From the NCBI GenBank assembly GCA_964535305.1, contig CAZHTF010000002.1:62058-126057 (forward strand): a stretch of 64,000 nt of DNA, read 5' to 3'. Each line of letters starts with the position of its first letter. The stretch's first letter is position 1. Below the pieces are notes generated by a model that made no database searches, was not told the DNA's origin, and saw nothing but the letters and a program-made list of their open reading frames with translations. This document shows positions 34,552 through 43,807 of the stretch, one piece after another. The position numbers and the translations under genes were made by a program. This DNA comes from an uncultured Planctomycetales bacterium. Lineage in GTDB: Bacteria > Planctomycetota > Phycisphaerae > UBA1845 > Fen-1342.

Positions 34552-36503
34552 TGACCTGGCTCGCGCTCGCGGCGGGTGCGCTGCAGGCGCAATCGGCGGC
34601 GCAGTCCGCGGCGGCAGACCCGCAGATGTCAGCACCGCAGGCACAGGCTACCGCCGCGCAACGGGCACAAGTCGCGGCGCCGCGCTACAGCGTCTCGCCG
34701 GACGAGCACGGTGCATGGTCGTTCGTCGCTCCGGATGGGCAGCGTTTTCTTTCGCTGGGTGTGAACAACGTTTCGCCCAGCGCGTGGAACCCGCGCGAAG
34801 GCACGCGCTATTACGACGCGGTGCAGCGGCAATTCGGCGGCGACGTCGGCAAGTGGAGCGCTGCGACCCGCGCGCTGCTCAAACAGCACGGCTTCAACAC
34901 GCTGGGGGCCTGGAGCCGCAAGGATGTGCGCGCCGGCGAGGGTCTGCATCGCACCATCGTGTTGTATGTCGCGGCGCATGGCACGGACCGCTGCCTGGCG
35001 TCGCTGCGGCCGGGCTTTGAGGGCTTTGTGCGCGAGAACATCCGCATCGCGCTCGAGCAATTCCCGGATCGCACGGCGCTGCTGGGCGTATTTCTCGACA
35101 ACGAAGCGCCTTGGTGGGGTCGCAGCGGCTGGGACATTTTGCCCACGTACACGCTACTGGAGCGTGCCTTCGAGCAGCCGGCCGACGACCCGGCCCGAGC
35201 CGCGGCGCTGCGCTTCCTGCAAGCGCGACACGCCAGCCCAGCGGAATTCGCCCGCGCCTGGGATCTGGAGCTGAAGGATTGGAGCGAGCTGGATCTGGAT
35301 CTGCTGCGAAACTCGGCCAACGCGGCCGCCAGTGCCGACCGGGCCGCCTTCACCGCGCACGCGGCGCAGGAGTATTTCCAGGTCGCCTGCCGCGTGGTGC
35401 GCGAAGTGTTGCCCGGCGTGCTGATTCTAGGCGTGCGCTACGCCGGCAGCGCGCCGGAGGGCGTGCTCGCAGCAGACGCGCAGTGCAGCGACGTGATCTC
35501 GCTCAACGACTACAACGCCGACCCGCAGGCCAGCTTCGAAAACTACGCCCGCTTCTGGCTCAAGACCCGCAAGCCGCTGATGATCACGGAGTTCGCCTGG
35601 CGCGCGAAGGAAAACAACAGCGGCTGCCCCAACTCGCGCGGCGCGGGACCTGTCGTCGCCACTCAGCAGGAGCGCGCCCAGCGCTACCAGGCGTTTCTTC
35701 GGCATCTCGCCAGCATCCCGATCATCGTCGGCGCACACTGGTTCGAGTTCGCCGACCAATCGCCGCAGGGCCGCTTCGACGGCGAGGATTCCAACTACGG
35801 CATCGTCGATCTCGACAACCGGCCGTACGACGTGCTGCTCGGCGCGATGCAGCAGGTGCACAACGAGCTGCCCACGATTCGCCGCGACAAGCTGCGGAGA
35901 ATGCCAGACGTGCTCGCGCCGCCGCAACGGCCGACCTACACGCCCGGGCAGCATCCTGGGCGGCCGGCGACACTGGATCTGTTGAGCTACTGGGCCGGAG
36001 AGCCGGAGCTGTGGGGCGCGGCGGACGCCAAGGTCACCTGGCGACGCGAAGGCCCCGAACTGCTGCTCGAGTTCGTCAGCGGTGCGTCCTACGGCGGTGG
36101 GATCAACCTCCGCGGACCCAAATCCTGCGAGATCAGCGCAGCCGGCCCGGGCGCGACCGACCTGGATGGCTACAGCGCTTTTGTGCTGGAGCTCGACGCA
36201 CCGCGTGGACTGCAATTGAACCTGGTGCTCGCGGAGGCCGGGGCAGGCCCGCTGGGGCAGGCGCAGTTCGGTTCGGACGCCGGCGACGACGGCGAAGCCT
36301 ACATCTCCGCGCCGTTGTTCGGCCGCGGCGTCCGGCACACCTATCGCATCGCGATTGCCGACCTGGAGCGGCAGCGGCTCTGGGGCAACCAGGCCGGCAA
36401 GCAGCGGATCGACATGCACGCGATTCGCAATTTCGGAATCCAGATCCAGGGCCGCCCCGAACGCGGGCTGGTGCGGATTCATGCGGCGAGATTGGAGCGC
36501 TAG
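34551..36503 (+). CDS. secreted clan GH-A-like glycoside hydrolase (GH50/GH42-like TIM barrel) with a C-terminal CBM11/CIA30-like domain
   Basis: The ATG overlaps the GH1 TAA by 1 nt (TAATG). The signal-like start is MTWLALAAGALQA. Candidate catalytic motifs are FLDNEAPWW and MITEFAW. HWFEFADQSPQGRFDGEDSNYGIVD is also present. The family assignment comes from motif memory only. Confidence 0.7.
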   Translation: MTWLALAAGALQAQSAAQSAAADPQMSAPQAQATAAQRAQVAAPRYSVSPDEHGAWSFVAPDGQRFLSLGVNNVSPSAWNPREGTRYYDAVQRQFGGDVGKWSAATRALLKQHGFNTLGAWSRKDVRAGEGLHRTIVLYVAAHGTDRCLASLRPGFEGFVRENIRIALEQFPDRTALLGVFLDNEAPWWGRSGWDILPTYTLLERAFEQPADDPARAAALRFLQARHASPAEFARAWDLELKDWSELDLDLLRNSANAAASADRAAFTAHAAQEYFQVACRVVREVLPGVLILGVRYAGSAPEGVLAADAQCSDVISLNDYNADPQASFENYARFWLKTRKPLMITEFAWRAKENNSGCPNSRGAGPVVATQQERAQRYQAFLRHLASIPIIVGAHWFEFADQSPQGRFDGEDSNYGIVDLDNRPYDVLLGAMQQVHNELPTIRRDKLRRMPDVLAPPQRPTYTPGQHPGRPATLDLLSYWAGEPELWGAADAKVTWRREGPELLLEFVSGASYGGGINLRGPKSCEISAAGPGATDLDGYSAFVLELDAPRGLQLNLVLAEAGAGPLGQAQFGSDAGDDGEAYISAPLFGRGVRHTYRIAIADLERQRLWGNQAGKQRIDMHAIRNFGIQIQGRPERGLVRIHAARLER

Positions 36504-36516
36504 GTCGGGCGTGTCC

Positions 36517-36912
36517 TCAGCCGCCTGCAGACGCCGTCGATTCGAGCGGTCCGGGTACGCTCAGCGGACGCAGCGTGACGACGCCGCGTCGTACGGCGTC
36601 GCGCCAGCGCTCGACCGCGGCGGAGCGATCCGACTCGCTGGCGTAATACAAATACCCATGCGTCTGGCCGGTCAGCTTCTCGAGCGACACGATCGTGTAC
36701 AGCCGAACGCCGCGATCATCGTCTTCCAGCAGGTCGACCAGAGCCTGGACGGCCTGCGGGTCGCCGGCATGTGCAAGCTGAACCGCGGCCCGGGCGCGGT
36801 CGAGCGGATAGAGCGACTGCAGTTGCTCGCGCCGAGCGCGATTGGTGTCGCAGCCCGGCAGCGCGAGCGCCAGGAGTGCGATCCGAAAGAGCGCCAGGCG
36901 TCTGGCTTGCAT
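36517..36912 (-). CDS. HEAT-repeat lipoprotein
   Basis: The lipobox is in ALALPGC. HEAT-like segments are AAVQLAHAGDPQAVQALVDLLEDDDRGVRLYTIVSLEKL. Confidence 0.65.
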   Translation of the reverse strand: MQARRLALFRIALLALALPGCDTNRARREQLQSLYPLDRARAAVQLAHAGDPQAVQALVDLLEDDDRGVRLYTIVSLEKLTGQTHGYLYYASESDRSAAVERWRDAVRRGVVTLRPLSVPGPLESTASAGG

Positions 36913-37130
36913 GCGGGCGGATTATAGGGGGCCGCGTGCGTGATTCAGAGCCGCGGATGAAGCGCGGCGCGACAAGCTCCCAATTTCGGAGCCGCGACCG
37001 GTGGGAGCGAGCTTGAAGAAGTCGCGGTTTTGAATCGCGACGCGTCGCGGATGCACCCCAATCCGCGCGGCGCCGCTTGCGGCTCTTTCCCGAACGCTTG
37101 CCAGCCGCTAGCGTGCGTCTGAGCATCCGT

Positions 37131-37478
37131 ATGAGCCAAGAGTTCACCTGCAGCATTGAAACGCTCGACGCGGCCGGCACGCTGGTGCGTGTGAGCGGCG
37201 ACGTCGATCTGCAAACCTCGCCAACGCTGCGCGACAAGCTGCTGAGCCTGCTCGAGACCACCGCCGCCAAGCGCCTGGTGATCGAACTTTCCAGCGTCGC
37301 GTACATGGATTCTTCGGGCGTGGGGACGCTGGTGGATCTCAAGCGGCGGGTCGAAAAGGTCGGCGGCAAGGTGCTGCTGGTCGGAATGCAGGCCCGCGTT
37401 CGCAACGTCTTCGAGATCACGCGGCTCGACCGCTTCTTCGTGATCCTCAACTCACTCGACGAGGCCCGCAAGGCGTGA
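37131..37478 (+). CDS. STAS-domain protein (anti-sigma-factor antagonist / MlaB-like)
   Basis: STAS features are VRVSGDVDLQTSPTLRDKL, LVIELSSVAYMDSSGVGTLV and VRNVFEITRLDRFF. GTGA overlap with the MlaE gene. Confidence 0.8.
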   Translation: MSQEFTCSIETLDAAGTLVRVSGDVDLQTSPTLRDKLLSLLETTAAKRLVIELSSVAYMDSSGVGTLVDLKRRVEKVGGKVLLVGMQARVRNVFEITRLDRFFVILNSLDEARKA

Positions 37479-38323
37479 GCAGCCAGCCCGATTCGCCGCT
37501 TTGGCGTCGCGCGCCGGAAGCGCTCGGGGAATCCGTCGCACGCGGCGGAAAAAAGCTGATCGAAGGCGTCGAATACGTCGGCGGCGTGACCGAGCTGGTC
37601 GGGCGCGTCGGCGGCCGCGTGCTGCACTCCTTCCGCCCCAAAGCCGAGCGCATCCGCTTCGAAGCGCTGCTGCAGCAGTGTGTGCGCTTCGGCGTGAGGA
37701 GCATTCCGATCGTGGCGCTGGTGCAGCTCTTCATCGGCATCATCCTGGCGCTGAATCTGGCGCCGGTGCTGGAGTCGTACGGCCAGATCGAGCGCGTCGC
37801 CGACGTGGTCGCGATCGCGGTCGTGCGCGAGCTCGGCCCGCTGATCACGGCCATTCTGCTGAGCGGCTTTGCGGGCGCTTCAATTGCCGCCGAGCTGGGC
37901 GCCATGGTCGAGGGCGAGGAGATCAAGGCGCTGCGGGCGCATGCCCTGGACCCGATTCGTTTCCTGGTCGCGCCGCGCGTGATCGCCACCACGCTGATGA
38001 CGATCGGGCTGGCCGTGATGGCGGACGTGGTCGGCGTGTTGGGCGGCATGTTTACCGCCGTCTTCATCCTCCGCATCGACGCGCTGGGCTACCTGGACCT
38101 TACGGCCAAGGCAATCTCGTTCGACGATTATTTCACCGGCCTCTCGAAGGCCGCGGTCTTCGGGTTGATCATCGCCAGCCTGGCATGTTACGAGGGGTTG
38201 AATGTGCGCGGCGGGGCCGAGGGCGTCGGCCGCGCAACCACCACCACCGTGGTCAAAAGCATCGTGGCCCTGATCGCGGCGGACACGGTGTTTGCGGCGA
38301 TTTTCTATGTCATCGGCTGGTAA
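37475..38323 (+). CDS. mlaE: MlaE-family ABC transporter permease
   Basis: The MlaE-like core is AIAVVRELGPLITAILLSGFAGASIAAELGAMVEGEEIKALRAHALDPIRFLVAPRVIA. Confidence 0.85.
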   Translation: MSSQPDSPLWRRAPEALGESVARGGKKLIEGVEYVGGVTELVGRVGGRVLHSFRPKAERIRFEALLQQCVRFGVRSIPIVALVQLFIGIILALNLAPVLESYGQIERVADVVAIAVVRELGPLITAILLSGFAGASIAAELGAMVEGEEIKALRAHALDPIRFLVAPRVIATTLMTIGLAVMADVVGVLGGMFTAVFILRIDALGYLDLTAKAISFDDYFTGLSKAAVFGLIIASLACYEGLNVRGGAEGVGRATTTTVVKSIVALIAADTVFAAIFYVIGW

Positions 38324-39278
38324 CCCGCAGCGGCGCGTGGGGATCGACGAAGCCGGCTACGGCCCGCTGCTGGGGCCGCTCACGATCGGCGCCAGCGTCT
38401 GGCAGCTCGCAGACGCCCAGGAATCGCGCGACTTCTGGCAACTGCTGGACGAGGTCGTCGCGCGACCTGGCCGGGCGGAGCGCGCCCGGCTGGTCGTCGG
38501 CGATTCGAAAGCGGTCTTCCATCAGGCCGGCGGCATCTGGTCCCTGGAGCGACCGGTGCTCGCATTTGCCAGTGCCGCTGGCCTGAACTGCGAGCGCTTC
38601 ACGACGCTGCTGAGCGGTCTGGGCGTCGACCTACACGCCGCGGGCGCAGAGCGGTCGGACATGGATCAGCCGCTACCGCTGGATGCGGCGCGCTCGGCGT
38701 ATGCGGCGGCGGCCGGGGCGCTCTCCGCCGTGCAGCAGACCGGCCCGCTGCGGCTGGAGCGGCTGGCGCTGCGCGTGGTCACGCCGCCGATGTTCAATCA
38801 GCGTGTCCGGCAGACACACAACAAGTCGGCGGTGCTGATGGAGCAGGTGCTGGGCCTGGTGGATTGGGCCACGCGGCTGGAGCCGCGGCTGCCGACGCGT
38901 ATTGTGGTCGATCGCCAGGGCGGCCGCGCGGATTACCGTCGCGAGCTGCTGCGGGCATTCCCCGAGTTTGCGCTGACGGAGCTTGAAGTCGGTCCGCGGC
39001 GTAGTGCGTATCGGATGGATGGCCCGCGCGGCTGCTGGTCGATCGAGTTTGTTGTGGACGCCGATGCGGAGCATTTGCCGGTGGCGCTGGCGAGCATGCT
39101 AGCCAAGTATGTGCGCGAGCTCTACATGGATGCGTTTAATCGCTATTGGACCGGGCGCGTCCCGGGCGTGAAGCCCACCGCCGGCTACCCGAACGACGCG
39201 CAGCGCTTTCTGTCACAGATCGCGGAGGCGATCGCCGCGGAAGGCGTCCCGCGCGAGAGCCTGGTGCGCTCGCGCTGA
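38307..39278 (+). CDS. divergent RNase HII-family protein with a long insertion
   Basis: RNase H2 motifs appear in order: GIDEAGYGPLLGP, VVGDSK, VALASMLAK and TAGYPND. The protein is about 320 aa versus about 200 typical. An alternative GTG start at 38337 avoids the overlap with mlaE. Confidence 0.6.
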   Translation: MSSAGNPQRRVGIDEAGYGPLLGPLTIGASVWQLADAQESRDFWQLLDEVVARPGRAERARLVVGDSKAVFHQAGGIWSLERPVLAFASAAGLNCERFTTLLSGLGVDLHAAGAERSDMDQPLPLDAARSAYAAAAGALSAVQQTGPLRLERLALRVVTPPMFNQRVRQTHNKSAVLMEQVLGLVDWATRLEPRLPTRIVVDRQGGRADYRRELLRAFPEFALTELEVGPRRSAYRMDGPRGCWSIEFVVDADAEHLPVALASMLAKYVRELYMDAFNRYWTGRVPGVKPTAGYPNDAQRFLSQIAEAIAAEGVPRESLVRSR

Positions 39279-39326
39279 GCGCGCGGAAGAGCGCGGCACT
39301 TGCCTGGCGCACTAGAATTCCCGCAC

Positions 39327-42300
39327 ATGAGAACGCCAACCGGGCGCGACCCGCGCCGCATTCGTCGATTCGTGAGAATCTCCGCAGCCGGCCGCGCCGC
39401 GCTCGCCGCACTTTGCCTCGCCGCGGCGGCGGCGCTGGCCAATGCCGACGATTGGTCGCCGCAGGTGCGTCCGCTGCTGGAGGCCCTGCGGGCCGGGGCG
39501 GCGGCGGACGTGCCGCAGGGCGCGCGGGCATACATCGACGGCTCGCAGGACGCGCGCGTCGTGCAAGACGCCAGCGCGCTCGCGGCGCTCGCCTTGCATT
39601 ACGCCCCAGAACGAAACGCACGCCAGGATGGCGAGGCCTGGCTGCTGCAACTGGCCGAACGCGACCCCGAGCTCCTCCGCCGCGGCGACAGTCTGCTGGC
39701 GCTGGGCCACGCACGCCTGATGGCGAATGAAGTGCCCGCGGCGCTCGCGATTTTGGCCGATGCGGCCGATGCATTCGAGCGCGCCGCCGAGCCGGCGCCG
39801 TTGGCGCAAGCCTGGTTGAAGCTGGCGCAGGCCTGGAGCGTCTGCCATGATTGGGAGGCGCTGCCGGCCCGCTTTGGAATCTCGCGGCCGGCGTCGGCCG
39901 AGTCGGCCCAGGCGATTCGCGAGGCGCAGCTCGCGGAGCTGCGTAAGAAGCTCTCCAAGCACGCGCAGGCATCCAGCCTGCTGCCGCAACTGGACCTGCT
40001 CCGCGCGCGAATGCTGCTCGCCGCCGACGAGAATTCCGCCGAGGGCCGCGCGCTACTCGAGCAGCTCGCGTCACAGCCGCTCGAGATCGCCGCCGTCGCG
40101 GAAGCGACGCTGCGGCTCGCGGAGCTGGACGAAGCACAGCGGCGTTTCGCGGACGCGCTGCGGCGTTACGAGGCGTTGGCGCGCGGCAGCGGCGAGCTGG
40201 CCGACACTGCGCAGCAGCGCAGCGTTGCGCTGCGCCGGCCGCAGTTGCAGCTCGACTCGCCCGCGGTGATTCGGCCGGATCAGGCGTTCTCGCCGCGGCT
40301 GCGCGCGCGAAATCTGCGGCAGGTACGGGTCGAGCTGCGGCGGGTCGATCTGTCCGAGTGGCTGGGCACCCAGCAGGGCCGGCTGATCGAGGCACAATTG
40401 CCGATTTCCGGCTCACTACTGCTGACGCACGAGATCTTGCCGGACGCGGCCGAGCCTCTTGAGTGGATCGAGTGCGGTGCGGCCACGGCGCTGCGCGAGC
40501 CGCTGCCGGCTGGTGCGTACGTGCTGAGCGCCGAAGGAACGGCCTTGGGCGGCGGCGAAACAGTGCAATTACGCAAGCTGCTGCTGTGCACCGTGCTCGA
40601 AGTGGTGATGATCGCCGGCCCGACCCGGGCCACAATCTGGCTGCCGCAGTCACAATCCGAACAAGCCGAGCCACCGTCGACGACGCTGCCGGCCAGCGTG
40701 ACGCAAGCCACGAGCGCGCCGGCGACCGCGCGATTCTGGATGCACGGCAGCTACGTGCCGACGACGGTTGAGCTGCGTGAGCCCTTGGCGCAATTTGAGC
40801 TGCCGCCGGAGTCGCGGCTGTTCGCCGACCGCCGCTGGACGTGTCTGATCGAGCACGCCGGCCAGATTGCGTTGTGCCGCGGAACGCTGCCTAGCGCGAT
40901 CGACGCGGCCCTGGGCAGCGGGCAGGCTGCCATGATCGGCGCGCCGCGCGTGCTGAGCGCCGGCGAGACATTCAGCGTTTTCGGCGCGCTGCTGGATACC
41001 GCCGCCGAGTCAATCGACCTGCTGCTGCTGGACGCGGTGGATCGACAGATCCAGACGCGCCGCGTGCCGGTCACAGCGGCGGGCACGTTCGCGGCGACGT
41101 TCGCGATTGAGCCGGCGATGGCGGGCCAGACGTATCGCGTCGTCGCGCGGCTCGGTTCGCAAGCGCTGGCGAACTGGCGCGGACGGCTGACGCTCAGCGT
41201 CCTCGGGCACACGGACCCGCCATTCGCGCTTTGGCCGGAGCTGCCGGCCTGGATTCGGCCCGACGGTCCGCCGATGCTGGGCACGCTGCGCGCGGGGTAC
41301 GTGTGGGGCACGCCTTCGCCCAGCGCGCTCTACGTCGTGAATGCGCGCTCTGTTCCGCTGCCGCGATCCGGCCCGCGTAGCGAATGGCCCGCACCGACGC
41401 GCTATGCGCTGCGCGTGCGCTTCGCGCAGCCGCAGGCGGCCGCGGTGCAGATCGGCCGCGCGGAGCTGGCGCTGGACGAGCGGCCTACCGCGATCGGGCT
41501 GTGGATCAACGCGCGCCTGCCCGACGGCCGCGAGAAGGAAGCATTTGCCGACGCCATCTCCGGGCCGCAGCCGCTGCACGCCTGGCTGCAACATGCGCCC
41601 GCGCAGCCGCGCGTCGGTCAGCCGCTGCGCTTTTTCGCCGGCTGGTTCGACCCGCAGCGCAGCCTGGCGGGTGATTCGCCGCGGCTGCGCATCACTCGCG
41701 ACGGGCGCGCTCTGCCGGCCCCGCGGCTGGCGCCCAGCACCGAGGGGCTCGAAAGCGAAGCCTGGACCGCGCCACAGGCCGGCGAATACCAGGTCGTGTT
41801 CGAGCTGGATGGCGCGCCGCGCGCGACGCTCGCGCTGAATGTCGACCAGGCCGACGCGCCGCCGGAGACAGTCCGACTGCGCGACGCACTCGCGCTGCCG
41901 GCAGCGACGGGTGCATCCGATCCCGCCGCGCCGCACACCGCTGCGCTGCAGCTCGACGGACGGATCGAAGCGCCCACGCTGGCGCTGCTGCTGGATTCGG
42001 AAACGCGCGCCGCGGCGGTCGTGCCGCCAGGAGCCGCAGGCCAAATCACGCTGAGCGTCCCTACGGCGGGGCGGTTGACGAATGCAGCCGGCGCGCGCCA
42101 AGCGACGGACGCACCGGGCACGTTGCAATTCACGAGCGCGCCGCCGGCCGGACGGGCGGCGCTGCTCCAGGTGCGCGATGGGCAAGTGCAGGTCGTCGCG
42201 CAGCGCGCCGTGCGCGGCGAGCTCGCGGCCCCGAGCGTCGCACGCGTCGATGATCGCACACTCTCGCCGGGGCAGACTATCCGCATGCGCGTCGGCGGCC

Positions 42301-43460
42301 TGCAACGCGGCGCGACCGTGCTCGCGCGGCTGGTCGCAGCGCAGGCCGGTGGCGAAGTGACCTGGCTGCCGGGTAGGGCGCGGCCAGACCTGCAGACCGG
42401 CGGCCTGCCGATCGTCAGCAGCAGCGGCGCAAGTGAATCGATCCCCGGCGGTGAGCCGGACATCTCCCGCACGACCGCGCTCTTCGAAGGCGAACCGCAG
42501 TGGATCGGCAGCGTCGCGGCGAATGCCGACACGCTCGACATCGACGTACCGCTGCCAAACACACCTGGCGTTTTCCGGCTGCTGATCTCGCACTGGTCGC
42601 GGCTGGGCGTGTCACCAGTGCGCAGCCTGACGCTCGATACTCGCCGCGGGCTGCATGCGGCGGCCAGCGCTCCGCGGGCGTGCTACGTTGGAGACCGCGT
42701 GTTGGCGGCGCTGGAGCTGACCAATCCCTCCGATGAGCCGATCACGGCGCAAGTCACCATCGAGCGCGCCCAGGGCGTCAGCGTCGAGCGGCTCGAGGCC
42801 GCCGGCAAGGCCGCCGATTCCGCCGCGCTCGCGGTGTTGATCGCGCCGCGGACGACGCTGCCGGTGCGTGCCCTTTTCGAGGCGGCCGCGGTCGGCAGCG
42901 CCGAGTTGGTGTTCGCAATCGCCAGCGGCGCCGCGTCGCAGTCGCACCGCATCTCGATCGACGTGCGCGACGCGGGCCCGTCGCCCAGCGCCAAACCGCC
43001 GTCCTGGAAGTTTCTGCGGTCGGTGCTCGCACTGGAGCGCGCACACGCAAGCGATAACCCGTTCGATGATCCGCGCGGGGCGCGCTACGACCGTGTGCTG
43101 CTGGCGGCTGGTGATCGCGTGCCGCCGAACCAGCCGATCCTGGTGCGCTACGAATTCGAGCTCGATCAGCCGGCGCGGGACGTGACCTTCACGCAGCGCT
43201 TGCCGGCGACCTGCCACACGGTGTTGAACGAAACCGGTCAGCCGCAGTCGCTGCCGGGCCGTTTCACGCGGCAGCTCGACCAAATCGAGTGGACCTTTCC
43301 AAAGCTGGACCGCGGCAAGCACACGCATGAGTTCGTAATGATCGCGGTCCGTCCGGGCGCGTGCCTGCTGCCGGCGCCGACTGTCCACGCGGGCGAAAAC
43401 ACGATCCCGGTGCTGGTCGAGCCGGAGGACTTTCGGCTGGGTGTCGCAGAAGCGCGGTAG
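39327..43460 (+). CDS. 1378-aa secreted protein: N-terminal TPR-like region plus MG/Ig-like beta-sandwich repeats (alpha-2-macroglobulin-like, no thioester motif)
   Basis: The signal peptide is RISAAGRAALAALCLAAAAALANA. A helical Ala/Leu-rich repeat region spans about 300 aa. Repeated MG-like segments follow, for example LRARNLRQVRVELRRVDL and LPAGAYVLSAEG. I found no CxEQ. The family call has low certainty. Confidence 0.7.
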   Translation: MRTPTGRDPRRIRRFVRISAAGRAALAALCLAAAAALANADDWSPQVRPLLEALRAGAAADVPQGARAYIDGSQDARVVQDASALAALALHYAPERNARQDGEAWLLQLAERDPELLRRGDSLLALGHARLMANEVPAALAILADAADAFERAAEPAPLAQAWLKLAQAWSVCHDWEALPARFGISRPASAESAQAIREAQLAELRKKLSKHAQASSLLPQLDLLRARMLLAADENSAEGRALLEQLASQPLEIAAVAEATLRLAELDEAQRRFADALRRYEALARGSGELADTAQQRSVALRRPQLQLDSPAVIRPDQAFSPRLRARNLRQVRVELRRVDLSEWLGTQQGRLIEAQLPISGSLLLTHEILPDAAEPLEWIECGAATALREPLPAGAYVLSAEGTALGGGETVQLRKLLLCTVLEVVMIAGPTRATIWLPQSQSEQAEPPSTTLPASVTQATSAPATARFWMHGSYVPTTVELREPLAQFELPPESRLFADRRWTCLIEHAGQIALCRGTLPSAIDAALGSGQAAMIGAPRVLSAGETFSVFGALLDTAAESIDLLLLDAVDRQIQTRRVPVTAAGTFAATFAIEPAMAGQTYRVVARLGSQALANWRGRLTLSVLGHTDPPFALWPELPAWIRPDGPPMLGTLRAGYVWGTPSPSALYVVNARSVPLPRSGPRSEWPAPTRYALRVRFAQPQAAAVQIGRAELALDERPTAIGLWINARLPDGREKEAFADAISGPQPLHAWLQHAPAQPRVGQPLRFFAGWFDPQRSLAGDSPRLRITRDGRALPAPRLAPSTEGLESEAWTAPQAGEYQVVFELDGAPRATLALNVDQADAPPETVRLRDALALPAATGASDPAAPHTAALQLDGRIEAPTLALLLDSETRAAAVVPPGAAGQITLSVPTAGRLTNAAGARQATDAPGTLQFTSAPPAGRAALLQVRDGQVQVVAQRAVRGELAAPSVARVDDRTLSPGQTIRMRVGGLQRGATVLARLVAAQAGGEVTWLPGRARPDLQTGGLPIVSSSGASESIPGGEPDISRTTALFEGEPQWIGSVAANADTLDIDVPLPNTPGVFRLLISHWSRLGVSPVRSLTLDTRRGLHAAASAPRACYVGDRVLAALELTNPSDEPITAQVTIERAQGVSVERLEAAGKAADSAALAVLIAPRTTLPVRALFEAAAVGSAELVFAIASGAASQSHRISIDVRDAGPSPSAKPPSWKFLRSVLALERAHASDNPFDDPRGARYDRVLLAAGDRVPPNQPILVRYEFELDQPARDVTFTQRLPATCHTVLNETGQPQSLPGRFTRQLDQIEWTFPKLDRGKHTHEFVMIAVRPGACLLPAPTVHAGENTIPVLVEPEDFRLGVAEAR

Positions 43461-43614
43461 CGACCCGCCGCGGACCTGCGGAGCGCCACAGCGGACCGCT
43501 GCGGAATTCGGCGGCTTGGGCGCCGAACTAGACGGATTCCCGTCGGCTTGACGCAAGCAACAACTCTCCGCCGCACAACGACGGTTCGTCGTCGCGAGCG
43601 CGCGCGGGTTGCTG

Positions 43615-43643
43615 TTGCGTGGCAAAAATCGCGCGGCTACACT
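43615..43643 (+). promoter_or_regulatory. candidate promoter for the secretin gene (TTGCGT, 17 nt, TACACT)
   Basis: This is a hexamer match only, inside the 347-bp intergenic region. It would give a leader of about 160 nt. Confidence 0.25.
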
Positions 43644-43807
43644 TCCGATCGATTGCTGGCGAAGCCGTGGAGGCCGCGTAAGCGCGTGCAACCCACCACG
43701 CTCGGACCGCTCTGGGTTGGCCGGTTCGAGGTGCGACTTGTCGGGCGAAGAGTCGCGGTTTCGCTGACAGGCTGCCGGTTGTCTCACCGAGATCGAAGGA
43801 GATTCCT

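Noticed and set aside
39136-40674. 512-aa ORF on the minus strand opposite the 1378-aa gene
   Set aside because: Its composition is extreme (Arg/Ala/Pro dominate, with almost no Ile/Lys/Asn/Tyr/Phe). This is typical of an antisense shadow ORF in GC-rich DNA, and the plus-strand frame has protein-like sequence and a signal peptide.
39327-43460. Calling the 1378-aa protein a bona fide alpha-2-macroglobulin
   Set aside because: I found no thioester CxEQ motif and no recognisable thioester domain. Only MG-like repeat patterns are present, so it is described as A2M-like at low certainty.
43461-43807. The 347-bp gap before the secretin as an ncRNA (SRP RNA, riboswitch)
   Set aside because: I recognised no conserved ncRNA motif, for example no GGAAGGAAGCAGC SRP element. 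I only propose a weak promoter match, and a covariance-model scan would be needed.
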